A stretch of 63,450 bases of DNA, filler included, from Octopus bimaculoides (GCF_001194135.2; 6 parts of 6 records of this genome joined end to end with filler, not necessarily neighbours in it), one strand, 5' to 3'; positions 23,321 through 37,910 are shown, numbered from the whole stretch's first letter. The notes: a model not told the origin generated them from the letters alone. Numbers and translations: made by a program.

Positions 23321-23715
23321 GTGGAGGCGCAATAGCCCAGTGGTTAGGGCAGCGGACTCGTGGTCATAGGATCGTGGTTTCGATTCCCAGACCGGGCATT
23401 GTGAGTGTTTATTGAGCGAAAACACCTAAAGCTCCACGAGGCTCCGGCAGGGGATGGTGGCGAACCCTGCTGTACTCTTTCACCACAAGTTTCTCTCACT
23501 CTTACTTCCTGTTTCTGTTGTGCCTGTAATTCAAAGGGTCAGCCTTGTCACACTCTGTGTCACACTGAATATCCTCGAGAACTACGTTAAGGGTACACGT
23601 GTCTGTGGAGTGCTCAGCCACTTGCACGTTAATTTCATGAGCAGGCTGTTCCGTTGATCGGATCAACTGGAACCCTCGACGTCGTAAGCGACGGAGTGCC
23701 AACAACAACAACAAC
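23321..23715 (+). mobile_element. Full-length SINE with head H1, tail T1 and (CAA)n end
   Basis: tRNA-like head with A and B boxes; perfect 13-bp target-site duplication AATCATTACCATC at 23308-23320 and 23716-23728. Confidence 0.9.
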
Positions 23716-24684
23716 AATCATTACCATCAATTTAATGTCTGCTTTTCCATGCTTGCATGGGTCAGATGTAATTTACTGAGACAGGTTTTCTACAGCTGGA
23801 TGCCTTTCCTGTGGCCAATCCTCATGTTTTCCAAACAAGGTAATATTTTCAAGGGACTCTGTTTGTATGACAATCTCACTCATTTATTGCAGATTATCAC
23901 AAGATGTCAAAACAAGGAGACGCAAACACATATGCATACATATATACATATATGATGGGCTTCTTTCAGTTTCAGTCTGTCAAACAAATCCATTCACAAT
24001 GCTTTGGTTGGTATAGGACTATAGTAGAAGATACTTGTCCAAAGTGCCACACAGTAAGACTTGAACCCAAGACCATGTGATCAGGAAGTAAGACGCTCAA
24101 CCATACAGCTAAGCCTGCACTTTTTCAGTTTATGTCTATCACATCCACTCATCGGGCTAAGGTTCACCAAGGACTATCGTAGGAGATACTTGCCCAAGTT
24201 ATTATGCAATCTGACATGGTTTTGGGAAGTAAGTTTCTCACCAAACACCAAAGTCAAAAGATTACAAATGCTCTTTGTAACAGTTCTGTTTTACCAGTAT
24301 TGTTAAAATCTAATCTGGTTGTAGTTTGCTTTTTAAATCTAAAAGTGTAAAGAACTTTGAGACTAAAGATTAAGTCACATTCAAATTGTGTCATGTTATG
24401 TTCGTGTGTATGCACATATGTGTATGTGTGTGTATGTTTGTAAGTTTGTCTATGAGTGCTTGCATGTTTATAAATCATACAAAATGCACACACACACATA
24501 CACACATATATACACATCCATATATATTTCTAATTCTGAAATATCATCGGACTACAGTTTACCAAGTTACAACAGGTATACAGTCCATTTTTTGTTCTAT
24601 ATTGCACTGTTATACCTTCCTAAACTTTTTATTCTTTACAAACAATACACAATGCTTCAAGCGAACTACAATACTCTCCTATAT

Positions 24685-24735
<51 letters not shown>

Positions 24736-25748
24736 TTATGTAACATACATACATAAGCATGTATGTGTTTATATATATTATATTATATAACATACACACA
24801 CATATTACATAACATGTATCTATATATATATGTAAACGTATACAAATGTAGGCATACACACACATACACACACACATATAGATAGATAGATAAGCTTACT
24901 TGGAAATGGATGCGTGGTGTTCAATCATATAATAATATAAATAAAATATATATATATGTACATATATATGCATATATGGGTAGAGGACATTACAAAATGT
25001 AAATAATATGAAATATGAAGACAAACTTGAGTATTTGAACAACAAGAGAAACAAATGGATTATATATATATATATATATATATATTATTTTGCTTAAAAG
25101 AGTTCCAACACTGTCTGTTTTTTATGTTTTATTTATATTCCTGCAGAACTAATGTGGGGTATAGAATATGGAATATACAATATATAATATGATATACAAT
25201 ATACAATATAAAATAAAATAAAATAAAAATGGATGGCACCATGAAAGAAAGTATTGAATGTAGATGAAATATTGAGTGTTCAATATAAAGGATCAAATAT
25301 ATATACATATATATGTGTGTGTGTGTGTGTGTGCGCGCGCAGGAGTGACTGTGTGGTAAGAAGCTTGCTTCCCAACCACATGGTTCCAGGTTCAGTCCCA
25401 CTGCATGGCACCTTGGGCAAGTGTCTTTCTACCATAGCCTTGGGTTGACCAAAGCCATGTGAGTAGATTTGGTAGATGGAAACTGAAAGAAGCCTGTTGT
25501 GTATGGCCACCACAACTACCATACACATACCATTCAGACTTCTGACGCCACTACCATCAACACCTTTGACTTCGCCGCTTTCTCCTCCACCATCCATTAC
25601 CACTGTCTTTCACATCCCTTACTCTCACCATCATGCTTGACCGCCTCAGCTACCACCACCACCACCACCATCTAAATCACCACCACTACCTCTATCACAA
25701 CTACAGCTCATACTATAACTATCACCCAATACCATCTCAACTGTCAAT

Positions 25749-25980
25749 CTTATTTCGTTATTGCCCACAAGGGGCTAAACATAGAGGGGACAAACAAGGA
25801 ACAGACAAAGGGATTAAGTAGATTACATCGACTCCACTGCGTAACTGGTACTTAATTTATCGACCCCGAAAGGATGAAAGGCAAAGTTGACCTTGGCGGA
25901 ATTTGAACTCAGAACGTAACGGCAGACAAAATACCGTTAAGCATTTTGCCCAGTGTGCTAATGTTTCCGCCAGCTCACCA
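25749..25980 (-). mobile_element. Full-length SINE family C
   Basis: Complete head and tail homologous to the other family C copies; lies inside the spacer of a family A SINE. Confidence 0.8.
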
Positions 25981-27429
25981 TTTCAACTGTCAATCTACTA
26001 CCGCCCTCATCATCTCTATGCCTACTATTACTCTCACCCCAGCAAGAGGAGTAGAAGAAGTGTCATTGATTAGTGAGAGAGGGGGTCTAAGTGTGACACA
26101 CTGACACACGGAAATTCGTTTTGGCATTTACTATTATAGATATATGTATGTATTTGTGCGTCTGTGTTTGTCCCCATCCCGCATCGCTTGACAACCGATG
26201 TTGGTGTGTTTACGTCCCTGTAACTTAGCAGTTCGGCAAAAGAGACCGATGGAATAAGTACTAGGCTTACAAAGAATAAGTCCTGGGGTCGATTTCTTCA
26301 ACTAAAGGCAGTGCTCCGGCATGGCCACAGTCAAATGACTGAAACGAGTATAAGAATATATATCTATATCTTGCGTAANNNNNNNNNNNNNNNNNNNNNN
26401 NNNNNNNNNNNNNNNNNNNNNNTTAATTAATTAANNNNNNNNNNNNNNNNNNNNNNNNNNNNNNNNNNNNNNNNNNNNACTTGTACAAATGCAAAACAAA
26501 AGTCAAACATAAAATAATAATAATAGTATATAAAAGCCAGCTGTTAGACACATAGGCGCAGACATGGCTGTGTGGCTAAGAAGCTCATTTTGCAATCACG
26601 TTGTTTTGGATTCAGTCTAGGACCGACCGATGCTTTATGAGTGAATTTGGTGAACGGAAACTGTGAGGAATCCCCTCGTATGTATGTATGTATGTGTGTG
26701 TGTGTATTGCTCGACAACCAGTGGTAATTTGTTTACATCCCCGTAACATTAGCTGTTCGGCAAAAGAGACCGATAGAATAAGTACTCGGCTTGAAAATAA
26801 CTACAGAGGTTGATTTGTTCAGGTAAACCCTTCGGGGCAGTGCCCCAGCATGGCTGCAGCCCAGTGACTGAAACAAGTAATCGATTAAAAGATATAATAA
26901 TCAAAGACGAAGAAATCAGTCGTCCATCCGACGTTTACATAAGGTCAAAGATAAAAAAGAATAAGAAAACATGGGGGCCTAATAAGAAACTGAAGAAATT
27001 ACAGCCAAACTAACTGTAACTTCAGATTCATTCATGTAATCAGCAAATACCTAGCTAATTAGAAAATAGTAATTAAAAACTGTTATTGGATGTGTAAGAA
27101 TTCATGGAACATTCTAGAAGTTTAGTCTGTAGTATATATTCGCATTCAGATGTATTACCATGTAAGTATGTCTGTATACATATGCTCAGGACAAAACATA
27201 TTATCATACACGCAGCAACATGCAGACAAACAAACATGCATGTATATACGTACGAGTGGCTGTGTGGTAAGCAGCTTGCTTCCCAACCACATGGTTCCGG
27301 GTTCAGTCCCACTGCATGGCACCTTGGCAAGTGTCTTTTATTATAGCCTTGGGCTGACCAAAGCCTTTTGTAAGTGGATTTGGTAGACAGAGAAAGAAGC
27401 CCGTCACACACACACACACATATATATAT

Positions 27430-27760
27430 GGTGAAGGTGTGTGACTTGGTGGGTAGAGTATTCGGTTAATAATTGCAAGGTTGTGAGCTCAATCCCCAGC
27501 GGTATGCTGCGTCCTTGAGCAAGACTCTTTATTTCATGTTGCCTCATTCTACTCAGCTGGCAAAAATGAGTTGTACCTGTAATTCAAAGGGGGCCAGCCT
27601 TGTCACATTCTGTGTCATGCTGAATCTCCCAGAAAACTATGTTAAGGGTACGTGTGTCTGTGGTGTGCTCAGCCACTTGAACGTTAATTTCACAAGCAGG
27701 CTGGCTGTTCCATTAATCAGGTCAACTGGATCCCTTTCGTCTTAACCGACGGAATGCCAG
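27430..27760 (+). mobile_element. SINE with head H2 (CORE-like) and tail T1
   Basis: Head GTGAAGG...GTCCTTGAGCAAGAC...ACTCAGCTG, then the same CCTGTAATTCAAAGGG...GGA(A/G)TGCCA tail as 23521-23700. Confidence 0.8.
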
Positions 27761-27784
27761 TCATAGAGCCAACAAATGAGATAC

Positions 27785-27821
<37 letters not shown>

Positions 27822-28011
27822 GGAGGAGGAGGAGGAGGAGGATGTNNNNNNNNNNNNNNNNNNNNNNNNNNNNNNNNNNNNNNNNNNNNNNNNNNNNNNN
27901 NNNNNGAGGAGGAGGAGGAGGAGGAGGAGGAGGAGGAGGAGGATGTATTATGTATTATGTATTATGTACTGTTATTATTCATACATTATAGCATTATGAC
28001 AAGCAATTGAT

Positions 28012-28133
28012 GTTACAAAGCAGTTTCATGCTGGGAATCTTCTAGAAATGAAGAAAGACGGTAGTCATGTCCAATGATTGATAATTTCCTTCTACACCTG
28101 AGGAAGCTTAGCAGCATGAAACTGTCCAGTAAC
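28012..28133. ncRNA. Degenerate inverted pair of hammerhead-like motifs
   Basis: Plus arm CTGAGGA-AGCTTAGCAGCAT-GAAAC-TGTCCA-GTA; minus arm CTAGAAGA-TTCCCAGCAT-GAAAC-TGCTTT-GTA. No clear stem I. Confidence 0.35.
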
Positions 28134-28224
28134 TTTGAGTGGATGTTATGAGAAAATAATATTATATAACTAATAATGATATATCTATTTCTAATTGCTT
28201 CTTCTGATTCATGGAAACCTATTC

Positions 28225-28532
28225 AATGATTTCGAGCGAGATCGTTGCCAGCGCCCCTGGACTGGCTCTTGTGTGGGTGGCACATAAAATACACCATTTT
28301 GAGCATGGCCGTTGCCAGTACCACCTGACTGGCCTTCGTGCAGGTGGCACGTAAAAGTACCCACTACACTCTCTGAGTGGTTGGTGTTAGGAAGGGCATC
28401 CAGCTGTAGAAACTCTGCCAAATCAGATTGGAGCCTGGTGTAGCCATCTGGTTTCACCAGTCCTCAGTCAAATCGTCCAACCCATGCTAGCATGGAAAGC
28501 GGACGTTAAATGACGATGATGATGATGATGAT
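28225..28532 (+). mobile_element. RTE-LINE 3' UTR fragment with two subrepeat units and (GAT)n tail
   Basis: Homologous to 10900-11193. Confidence 0.75.
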
Positions 28533-28929
28533 CTATATATATATATATAGGCACAGGTGTGGCTGTCTGGTAAGAAACTTGCTTCCCAACCACATGGTTC
28601 TGGGTTCAGTCCCCCTATATGGAACCTTGGGTAGGTATCTTCTATTATCGCCTGAGGCTGACCAAAGCCTTGTGAGTGCATTTAATGCATCGAAACTGAA
28701 AGAAGCCCATTGTGTGTGTGTGTTTGTACCCCATCACTGTTTGACAACTGATGTTGATGTGCTTACTTTCCTGTAATTTAGCAGTTTGGCAAAGAGACCA
28801 ATAAAATAAGTACCAAGTTTTAAAGAAAAAAATGTACTGGAATTGATTCATTCAACTAAGAATTCTTCAAGGCAGTGCCCCAGCATGAAACAAGTAAAAG
28901 ATGAAGGTAAAAGATATCAGGTATGCTGA

Positions 28930-29220
28930 TATACAATTTGGTAGCAGAATGCTATCTTCCTTCCTATTTACTAAAATTTGGGGCTTTAAGTTACCTTTGA
29001 GGTCTCTCCATTCAAATTTGGAATTCCTTCTGTAAACTGTCGACAGATTTGGATTTAAAAAGGTCATTAACACAGAGGGGCTTACTTGAACGCCTAGTCT
29101 TAAGATCCCCTGTTTTATAACAAAGAGGATGTTGTTAACGAACAGGAAAGGAACGAGAATAAAGCCCTGATGTGCCACCCCTGGCTGATCCTTTAATTCA
29201 TTGCTGAACCCATTGCTAAG
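28930..29220 (-). mobile_element. Decayed non-LTR reverse transcriptase fragment
   Basis: The ORF contains GVAHQGFILVPFLFVNNI, resembling the GVxQGxxLSPxLF RT motif. Confidence 0.3.
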
Positions 29221-29339
29221 CATTTATTTCATATTTAAGCATAAAACATAAATATATAAACAAACACAGAATATGCCCATACAAGCACACGTGTGTGCGT
29301 GCATGTGAGCCTGCTTATATAACTCTGATAGCTGTTTCT

Positions 29340-31320
<1,981 letters not shown>

Positions 31321-33231
31321 ATCCATGCATGCGTTTATTTCATAGTGATGTAATGTTTTCATTGATCGATTAAATGGAGCCGCTTGAAACAGCCGTAATG
31401 CACTGATACCTGGACATCCTTATTACTTATTTGCTTTTTATTCACCTGACCGAGCTGTGTGGACAATACTGGACAGACTTGGGGCCTTAACTTAAGTACC
31501 TAATTCAACTGAATCTTAATTATTTCTGATATATATAAATATATAGAATTATCCATACTACCACCATAACATATCTTTATTATTGTCCCACTGCCTTCTA
31601 TACGTGCATACTTATAGTTGGTACTACTGTGGTCATGTGATCGAAGTTTAAGCCTGATCATGCCAGCACAAGGCCAGCAATCTTTTAGGGAACGAGTCTA
31701 AGTCCATTACGTCAACCCTAGTGCTCAACTGGTAATTATTGCCTGAACCCCGAAAGGACAAAAGGCGGTGTCAACTGCAGCAGAGTTTGAACCTTGGGTA
31801 TAGAGATGAAATGCAGCTAAGCCTTTTGCCTACCATGCTAACGTTTCTCATTTCTTTATTTCTTCCACTATATCTCCAGGATTTAGTAGGTCATGTGGGT
31901 GAATTTGGAAACTGTGTGGAAGCCAATGTGTCCTTTTGCCAGTGTTGTTCCCCACCATCACCACTGCTTGATAGCACTGTGTAACAAATTTTTTTTTTTT
32001 TTTCCTTCGGTCAGTAAGTGTTATTTTCAATTCGCTTCTATCTAGAAATCAATGGAAATTATTGTTCCCTTCAAACTTTGCTTTTCTAACCTGGACATCA
32101 ACAATTTGAAACTGACCTATTTCCCATTACATTTCAGACAGATACAATGTTGAGTTGCTGTAGCAGAAATATTGTTATAACAAATATTCTGCTTAATACC
32201 ACAGATTTGCTTGTTGTCTTTGGTCAGTAAGTGCTATTTCTTATTTGCTGATTTTAAAAAGGTAAGTAAAAGATAATTTATTTTAACAGCATATTTTTCT
32301 GTTAATAAATATGCTTTTTCTTACACGCACAATTGATGCAGGGTGTCNNNNNNNNNNNNNNNNNNNNNNNNNNNNNNNNNNNNNNNNNNNNNNNNNNNNN
32401 NNNNNNNNNNNNNNNNNNNNNNNNNNNNNNNNNNNNNNNNNNNNNNNNNNNNNNNNNNNNNNNNNNNNNNNNNNNNNNNNNNNNNNNNNNNNNNNNNNNN
32501 NNNNNNNNNNNNNNNNNNNNNNNNNNNNNNNNNNNNNNNNNNNNNNNNNNNNNNNNNNNNNNNNNNNNNNNNNNNNNNNNNNNNNNNNNNNNNNNNNNNN
32601 NNNNNNNNNNNNNNNNNNNNNNNNNNNNNNNNNNNNNNNNNNNNNNNNNNNNNNNNNNNNNNNNNNNNNNNNNNNNNNNNNNNNNNNNNNNNNNNNNNNN
32701 NNNNNNNNNNNNNNNNNNNNNNNNNNNNNNNNNNNNNNNNNNNNNNNNNNNNNNNNNNNNNNNNNNNNNNNNNNNNNNNNNNNNNNNNNNNNNNNNNNNN
32801 NNNNNNNNNNNNNNNNNNNNNNNNNNNNNNNNNNNNNNNNNNNNNNNNNNNNNNNNNNNNNNNNNNNNNNNNNNNNNNNNNNNNNNNNNNNNNNNNNNNN
32901 NNNNNNNNNNNNNNNNNNNNNNNNNNNNNNNNNNNNNNNNNNNNNNNNNNNNNNNNNNNNNNNNNNNNNNNNNNNNNNNNNNNNNNNNNNNNNNNNNNNN
33001 NNNNNNNNNNNNNNNNNNNNNNNNNNNNNNNNNNNNNNNNNNNNNNNNNNNNNNNNNNNNNNNNNNNNNNNNNNNNNNNNNNNNNNNNNNNNNNNNNNNN
33101 NNNNNNNNNNNNNNNNNNNNNNNNNNNNNNNNNNNNNNNNNNNNNNNNNNNNNNNNNNNNNNNNNNNNNNNNNNNNNNNNNNNNNNNNNNNNNNNNNNNA
33201 TATATATATATATATACACACACATAGGTAT

Positions 33232-33616
33232 ATTTACTCTTTTACTTGTTTCAGTCATTTGGCTGTGGCCATGCTGGAGCACCGCCTTTAGTCGAGCAAA
33301 TCGACCCCAGGACTTATCCTTTGTAAACCTAGTACTTATTCTATCGATCTCTTTTGCTGAACCGCTAAGCTATGGGGACGTAAACGCATCAGCATTGGTT
33401 GTCAAGTGATGTTGGGGGGGACAAACACAGACACAAACACATATGCACATATATACGATAGGCTTCTTTCAGTTTCCGTCTACCAAATCCACTCAGAAAG
33501 TTTTAGTTGGCCTGAGGCTACAGTAGAAGACACTTGGCCAAGGTGCCACACAGTGGAACTGAACCTGGAACCATGTGGTTGGTAAGCAAGCTTCTAACCA
33601 CACAGCCACTCCTACG

Positions 33617-33619
<3 letters not shown>
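33232..33619 (-). mobile_element. Full-length SINE family A
   Basis: Complete tRNA-like head, CORE-like segment, (TG)n spacer and tail. Confidence 0.85.
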
Positions 33620-33669
<50 letters not shown>

Positions 33670-35035
33670 TCAGACACACACACATATACATATATATATC
33701 TATATATATATAATAGTTACAAATTTAAATGCANNNNNNNNNNNNNNNNNNNNNNNNNNNNNNNNNNNNNNNNNNNNNNNNNNNNNNNNNNNNNNNNNNN
33801 NNNNNNNNNNNNNNNNNNNNNNNNNNNNNNNNNNNNNNNNNNNNNNNNNNNNNNNNNNNNNNNNNNNNNNNNNNNNNNNNNNNNNNNNNNNNNNNNNNNN
33901 NNNNNNNNNNNNNNNNNNNNNNNNNNNNNNNNNNNNNNNNNNNNNNNNNNNNNNNNNNNNNNNNNNNNNNNNNNNNNNNNNNNNNNNNNNNNNNNNNNNN
34001 NNNNNNNNNNNNNNNNNNNNNNNNNNNNNNNNNNNNNNNNNNNNNNNNNNNNNNNNNNNNNNNNNNNNNNNNNNNNNNNNNNNNNNNNNNNNNNNNNNNN
34101 NNNNNNNNNNNNNNNNNNNNNNNNNNNNNNNNNNNNNNNNNNNNNNNNNNNNNNNNNNNNNNNNNNNNNNNNNNNNNNNNNNNNNNNNNNNNNNNNNNNN
34201 NNNNNNNNNNNNNNNNNNNNNNNNNNNNNNNNNNNNNNNNNNNNNNNNNNNNNNNNNNNNNNNNNNNNNNNNNNNNNNNNNNNNNNNNNNNNNNNNNNNN
34301 NNNNNNNNNNNNNNNNNNNNNNNNNNNNNNNNNNNNNNNNNNNNNNNNNNNNNNNNNNNNNNNNNNNNNNNNNNNNNNNNNNNNNNNNNNNNNNNNNNNN
34401 NNNNNNNNNNNNNNNNNNNNNNNNNNNNNNNNNNNNNNNNNNNNNNNNNNNNNNNNNNNNNNNNNNNNNNNNNNNNNNNNNNNNNNNNNNNNNNNNNNNN
34501 NNNNNNNNNNNNNNNNNNNNNNNNNNNNNNNNNNNNNNNNNNNNNNNNNNNNNNNNNNNNNNNNNNNNNNNNNNNNNNNNNNNNNNNNNNNNNNNNNNNN
34601 NNNNNNNNNNNNNNNNNNNNNNNNNNNNNNNNNNNNNNNNNNNNNNNNNNNNNNNNNNNNNNNNNNNNNNNNNNNNNNNNNNNNNNNNNTATATATACAC
34701 AAACACATGCATTCATACACGCACATATAGTAACACTTACTTATATATATATATACATATATATATGTGTGTATGTGTGTATATATATATATATATATTT
34801 ATGGATATATCCTCAGTTTATATAGCTACTGATAACTTTTCATTGGCTCATAACTCCCTACAGAATTATAATATATATGACACAGTCTCTCTCAAATTAT
34901 ACCTTGTTATTTTGAGAAAGGGTCACAGTTGGTTTTAGATAATGCATTCCCTCAGAATGTAGGGTAGGAAGGACCTTCATCAAAGGGTCCACTCTTTTGA
35001 TATCAAGTGACCTGGGGGTTAATGAACAACTTAAC

Positions 35036-35082
<47 letters not shown>

Positions 35083-35267
35083 TCATATTTAAAGGTAAAT
35101 ATATATATATATATAGTTAAATATGTTTATATAAATATATATACTTATATACACACATATATGTATATACATCCATATACAAATATATATAGGCATATAT
35201 ATGTATATATATGCATGTATATGCATGCATAATTATAAGTTACACATATATATACATGTACATAGGA

Positions 35268-35334
<67 letters not shown>

Positions 35335-35535
35335 TATACACACACGTGTATATATATATGTGTGTGTGTGTATATATATGTGCACATACACATATTCAGA
35401 TATGTGCATATAGGTATACATACGGAGCCTTCTACACACACACACACACACATGTCTACGCACTCACACATATCGATTCACACACATATATACACATATA
35501 TATAGGCATACATATACATATATATACACACCTAC

Positions 35536-35567
35536 CTCTTCACGTTTGGAAGCCATCGTGCGATTGC
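35536..35567 (-). other. Candidate orphan exon (32 nt) containing ATG GCT TCC AAA CGT GAA GAG (MASKREE)
   Basis: Bounded by CCTTTTTTACACCGCAG| and GAG|GTAGGT; ATG at 35556 has A at -3 and G at +4. No downstream exon or homology identified. Confidence 0.45.
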
Positions 35568-35685
35568 CTGCGGTGTAAAAAAGGCGCAGGCCCAGCTCTA
35601 GGGATGTATGGAGTCGCCTCTGCGTGTGTGTGTGTGTTTGCGTGATTACATGTGTGTGTGTGCATGCGTTGCACGCAGCTCTCGT

Positions 35686-35693
35686 CTTTTATA
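35686..35693 (-). promoter_or_regulatory. TATA box (TATAAAAG) upstream of the candidate exon
   Basis: Perfect consensus inside a unique GC-richer island, about 130 nt upstream of the ATG at 35556. Confidence 0.4.
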
Positions 35694-35829
35694 GTGCTAG
35701 GGGTACCCTCTTAACCCAGCACCCCAACCATGGCCACCACCACCACCACAGCCCACTGCTGACCCGATTGCCGTCCACCCAAGCACCTTTGCTTAACATC
35801 CCACACGGCCCCAGCGCGTGGAGCCACTT

Positions 35830-36515
35830 TGATTATTGCTGTTGTTGTTGTTGTTGGTGGTGGTGGTGTTGTTGTTGTTTTCGCTCTTATTTGGTACATG
35901 GTGGCGGCGCTGATGGTGGTATTTGTGGCGGTGGTGGCGTCGGTGGTAGTGTCATTGTTTCTACTGATTAACTGTGACGCATGTGGTGTTGTCGACGGTT
36001 GCAGTGTAGGTGGTAGCGCTGACGGTGATGATGCTCGTGTTGGTGGTTCTCAAAGTAGTAGTAGTGGTAGTAGTAGTAGTGGTGGTGGTAGTAATGGTGG
36101 TGGTGGTTGTACTTGTGGCAGTCCTTGCGGCTGCGCTTGTTGTTGTGGTGTTGGTGGTAGTGGTGATGGTGGTGACGTTCGTATTGGTGGTGGTGGTGGT
36201 GGTAGTTTCCAAAGTAGTAGTAGTAGTAGTGGTGGTGGTGGCGGCGGTGGTGGCGGTAGCACTTATGGTATTCCTTGTTGTTGCGCTGGTCGTAGTGGTG
36301 TCGGCGTTTGTGGTATAGGTGGTTGTGGTGGTGGTAAAGATAGTAAAGGTGATAGTTTTTACTGTAGTAGTAGCAGTAGCAGTAGCAATAGTAGTAGTGA
36401 TGCGTGCAGTAACAGTTGCTGTTGTTGTTGCGGTTGTGGTGCAGGTGGTGGTGGTAGTGCTGTCTGTAGTTATATTTGTGTTGGTGGTAGTTTTAACACT
36501 AGTAGCAGCAGCAGC

Positions 36516-36554
<39 letters not shown>

Positions 36555-37910
36555 TGCTATTATTGTTGTAGTTGGTGTTGTGCTTGTGGTAGTGGTGATT
36601 GTAACGATTTTTGCAGTGGTGGTAGTAAAGATGAAAATGCTAGTGGTGGTAGTAGTAGTAGTAGTGGTAGTAGTAGTAGTAGTAGTAGTAGTAGTTGTTG
36701 TTGTTCCTGTTTTTTGTTGTAGTCCAGGTTGTAGTGTTGGTGGCAGTGATGGTGGTGGCAGTAACTGTTGTAGTAGAAGCAGTGGTGGTGGTGGTGGTGG
36801 TGGTGATTGTTGTTGTGGTAGTTGTAGTGGTGGTAGTGATGTAATAACATTAGCATGAGTGGTAGTAGAAGTGGTGGTGGTGGTGGTGGTATATTTGGCA
36901 GTGCAGTGTAGTTGCAAAGGTGGTGGTGGTAGTGGTGGTGGTGGTGGTGGTGTGTTGGCACCTATGGCACGTGTAGTCTTGATGGTGCTGACGGCGGTAG
37001 TGGTGGTGGTGGTGGTGCTGCTGCTACTGTTTGTGTGGTAATGGTGGCAGTGGTGGTGATAGTAGTGGCAGTGGTGGTGGTGGTGGAGGCAATGGTAGAG
37101 GTGGTGGTGCAGCTACAGCTGATGGTGGTCGTGGCAGTGGTGATAGTGGTGGTGGTGATGATGGTAGTCGTGGTGTTCCAGATATGACCATCCCCTCTCT
37201 TTCTAGCAACATACAGGAGGTCATTATCAAACATGTCCTTCCCTATTATAAGTCAGTAGGGTGTGATCTGAGGATAATTCAGCTGCTATGTCTAGCAGAT
37301 TGACCAAACCATACAGAAATGCTCTCGTTGTTGCTGTTGTTGTTGTTGTTTATTCCAGGTCAGCTAAGTAAGACTCAGCAGACCAATAATGGAAAGGCTT
37401 TCCAACCATAACCATCCTGCCTTTTGCTATGTACCCATAACTACATGATCCACCATGTCCTTCCTATATTAAGACGTTAGAGTAGGTATTCGGCTGCTAC
37501 TTCTAGCAGGTAAAACAACCGCAAACAAGTGGTGGTGGTAGTGGTGGTAGTGGTGGTGGTGGTAGTGGTGGTGGTGGTGGTAGTGGCGGTAGTGGTAGTG
37601 GTGTTGGTGGTAGTTGTGGTAGTGGTGGTGGTAGCAGCTGTGATGGTGGTGGTGGTGGTGACAGCCATGGTAGTGGTGATAGTGGTGGTGGAGGCAGTTG
37701 CAATAGTGCTGGTGGTGGTAGTAGTAGTAGTAGTAGTACAACACTACCACCACAACCAACAGCACTATTGCAAAAAGTACCACCATCACCACCACCACTA
37801 CTACCATCATCCTCACCACCACCACCACCACCACCATCACCATCACCAACAAGTTCAACACAGACTCAACCATCATTACCGCCGACACCACCACCACCAT
37901 CATGATAATT
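35830..37910. repeat. Cryptic trinucleotide low-complexity tract (GGT/GTA/GTT), interrupted by two SINE family D copies at about 37170-37530, flipping to CAC/CAT at about 37741
   Basis: Directly visible; accounts for the overlapping Thr-, Val-, Gly/Ser- and His-rich ORFs. Confidence 0.9.

Noticed and set aside
23321-23400. SINE heads as additional tRNA genes
   Set aside because: They keep A and B boxes but lack a complete cloverleaf and continue into SINE bodies with target duplications.
26989-27025. CTGAAGA plus hairpin as a hammerhead (similarly 1473, 49980, 55205, 55588, 62503, 62569 and the CTGAGGA in RTE tails)
   Set aside because: No correctly placed GAAA, stem II closure or NUH site.
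35829-36917. 297-aa Gly/Ser/Cys and 318-aa Thr-rich ORFs as mucin or keratin-associated-like genes
   Set aside because: Triplet repeats place stops in only one frame, so long ORFs are expected; no domain or splice support.
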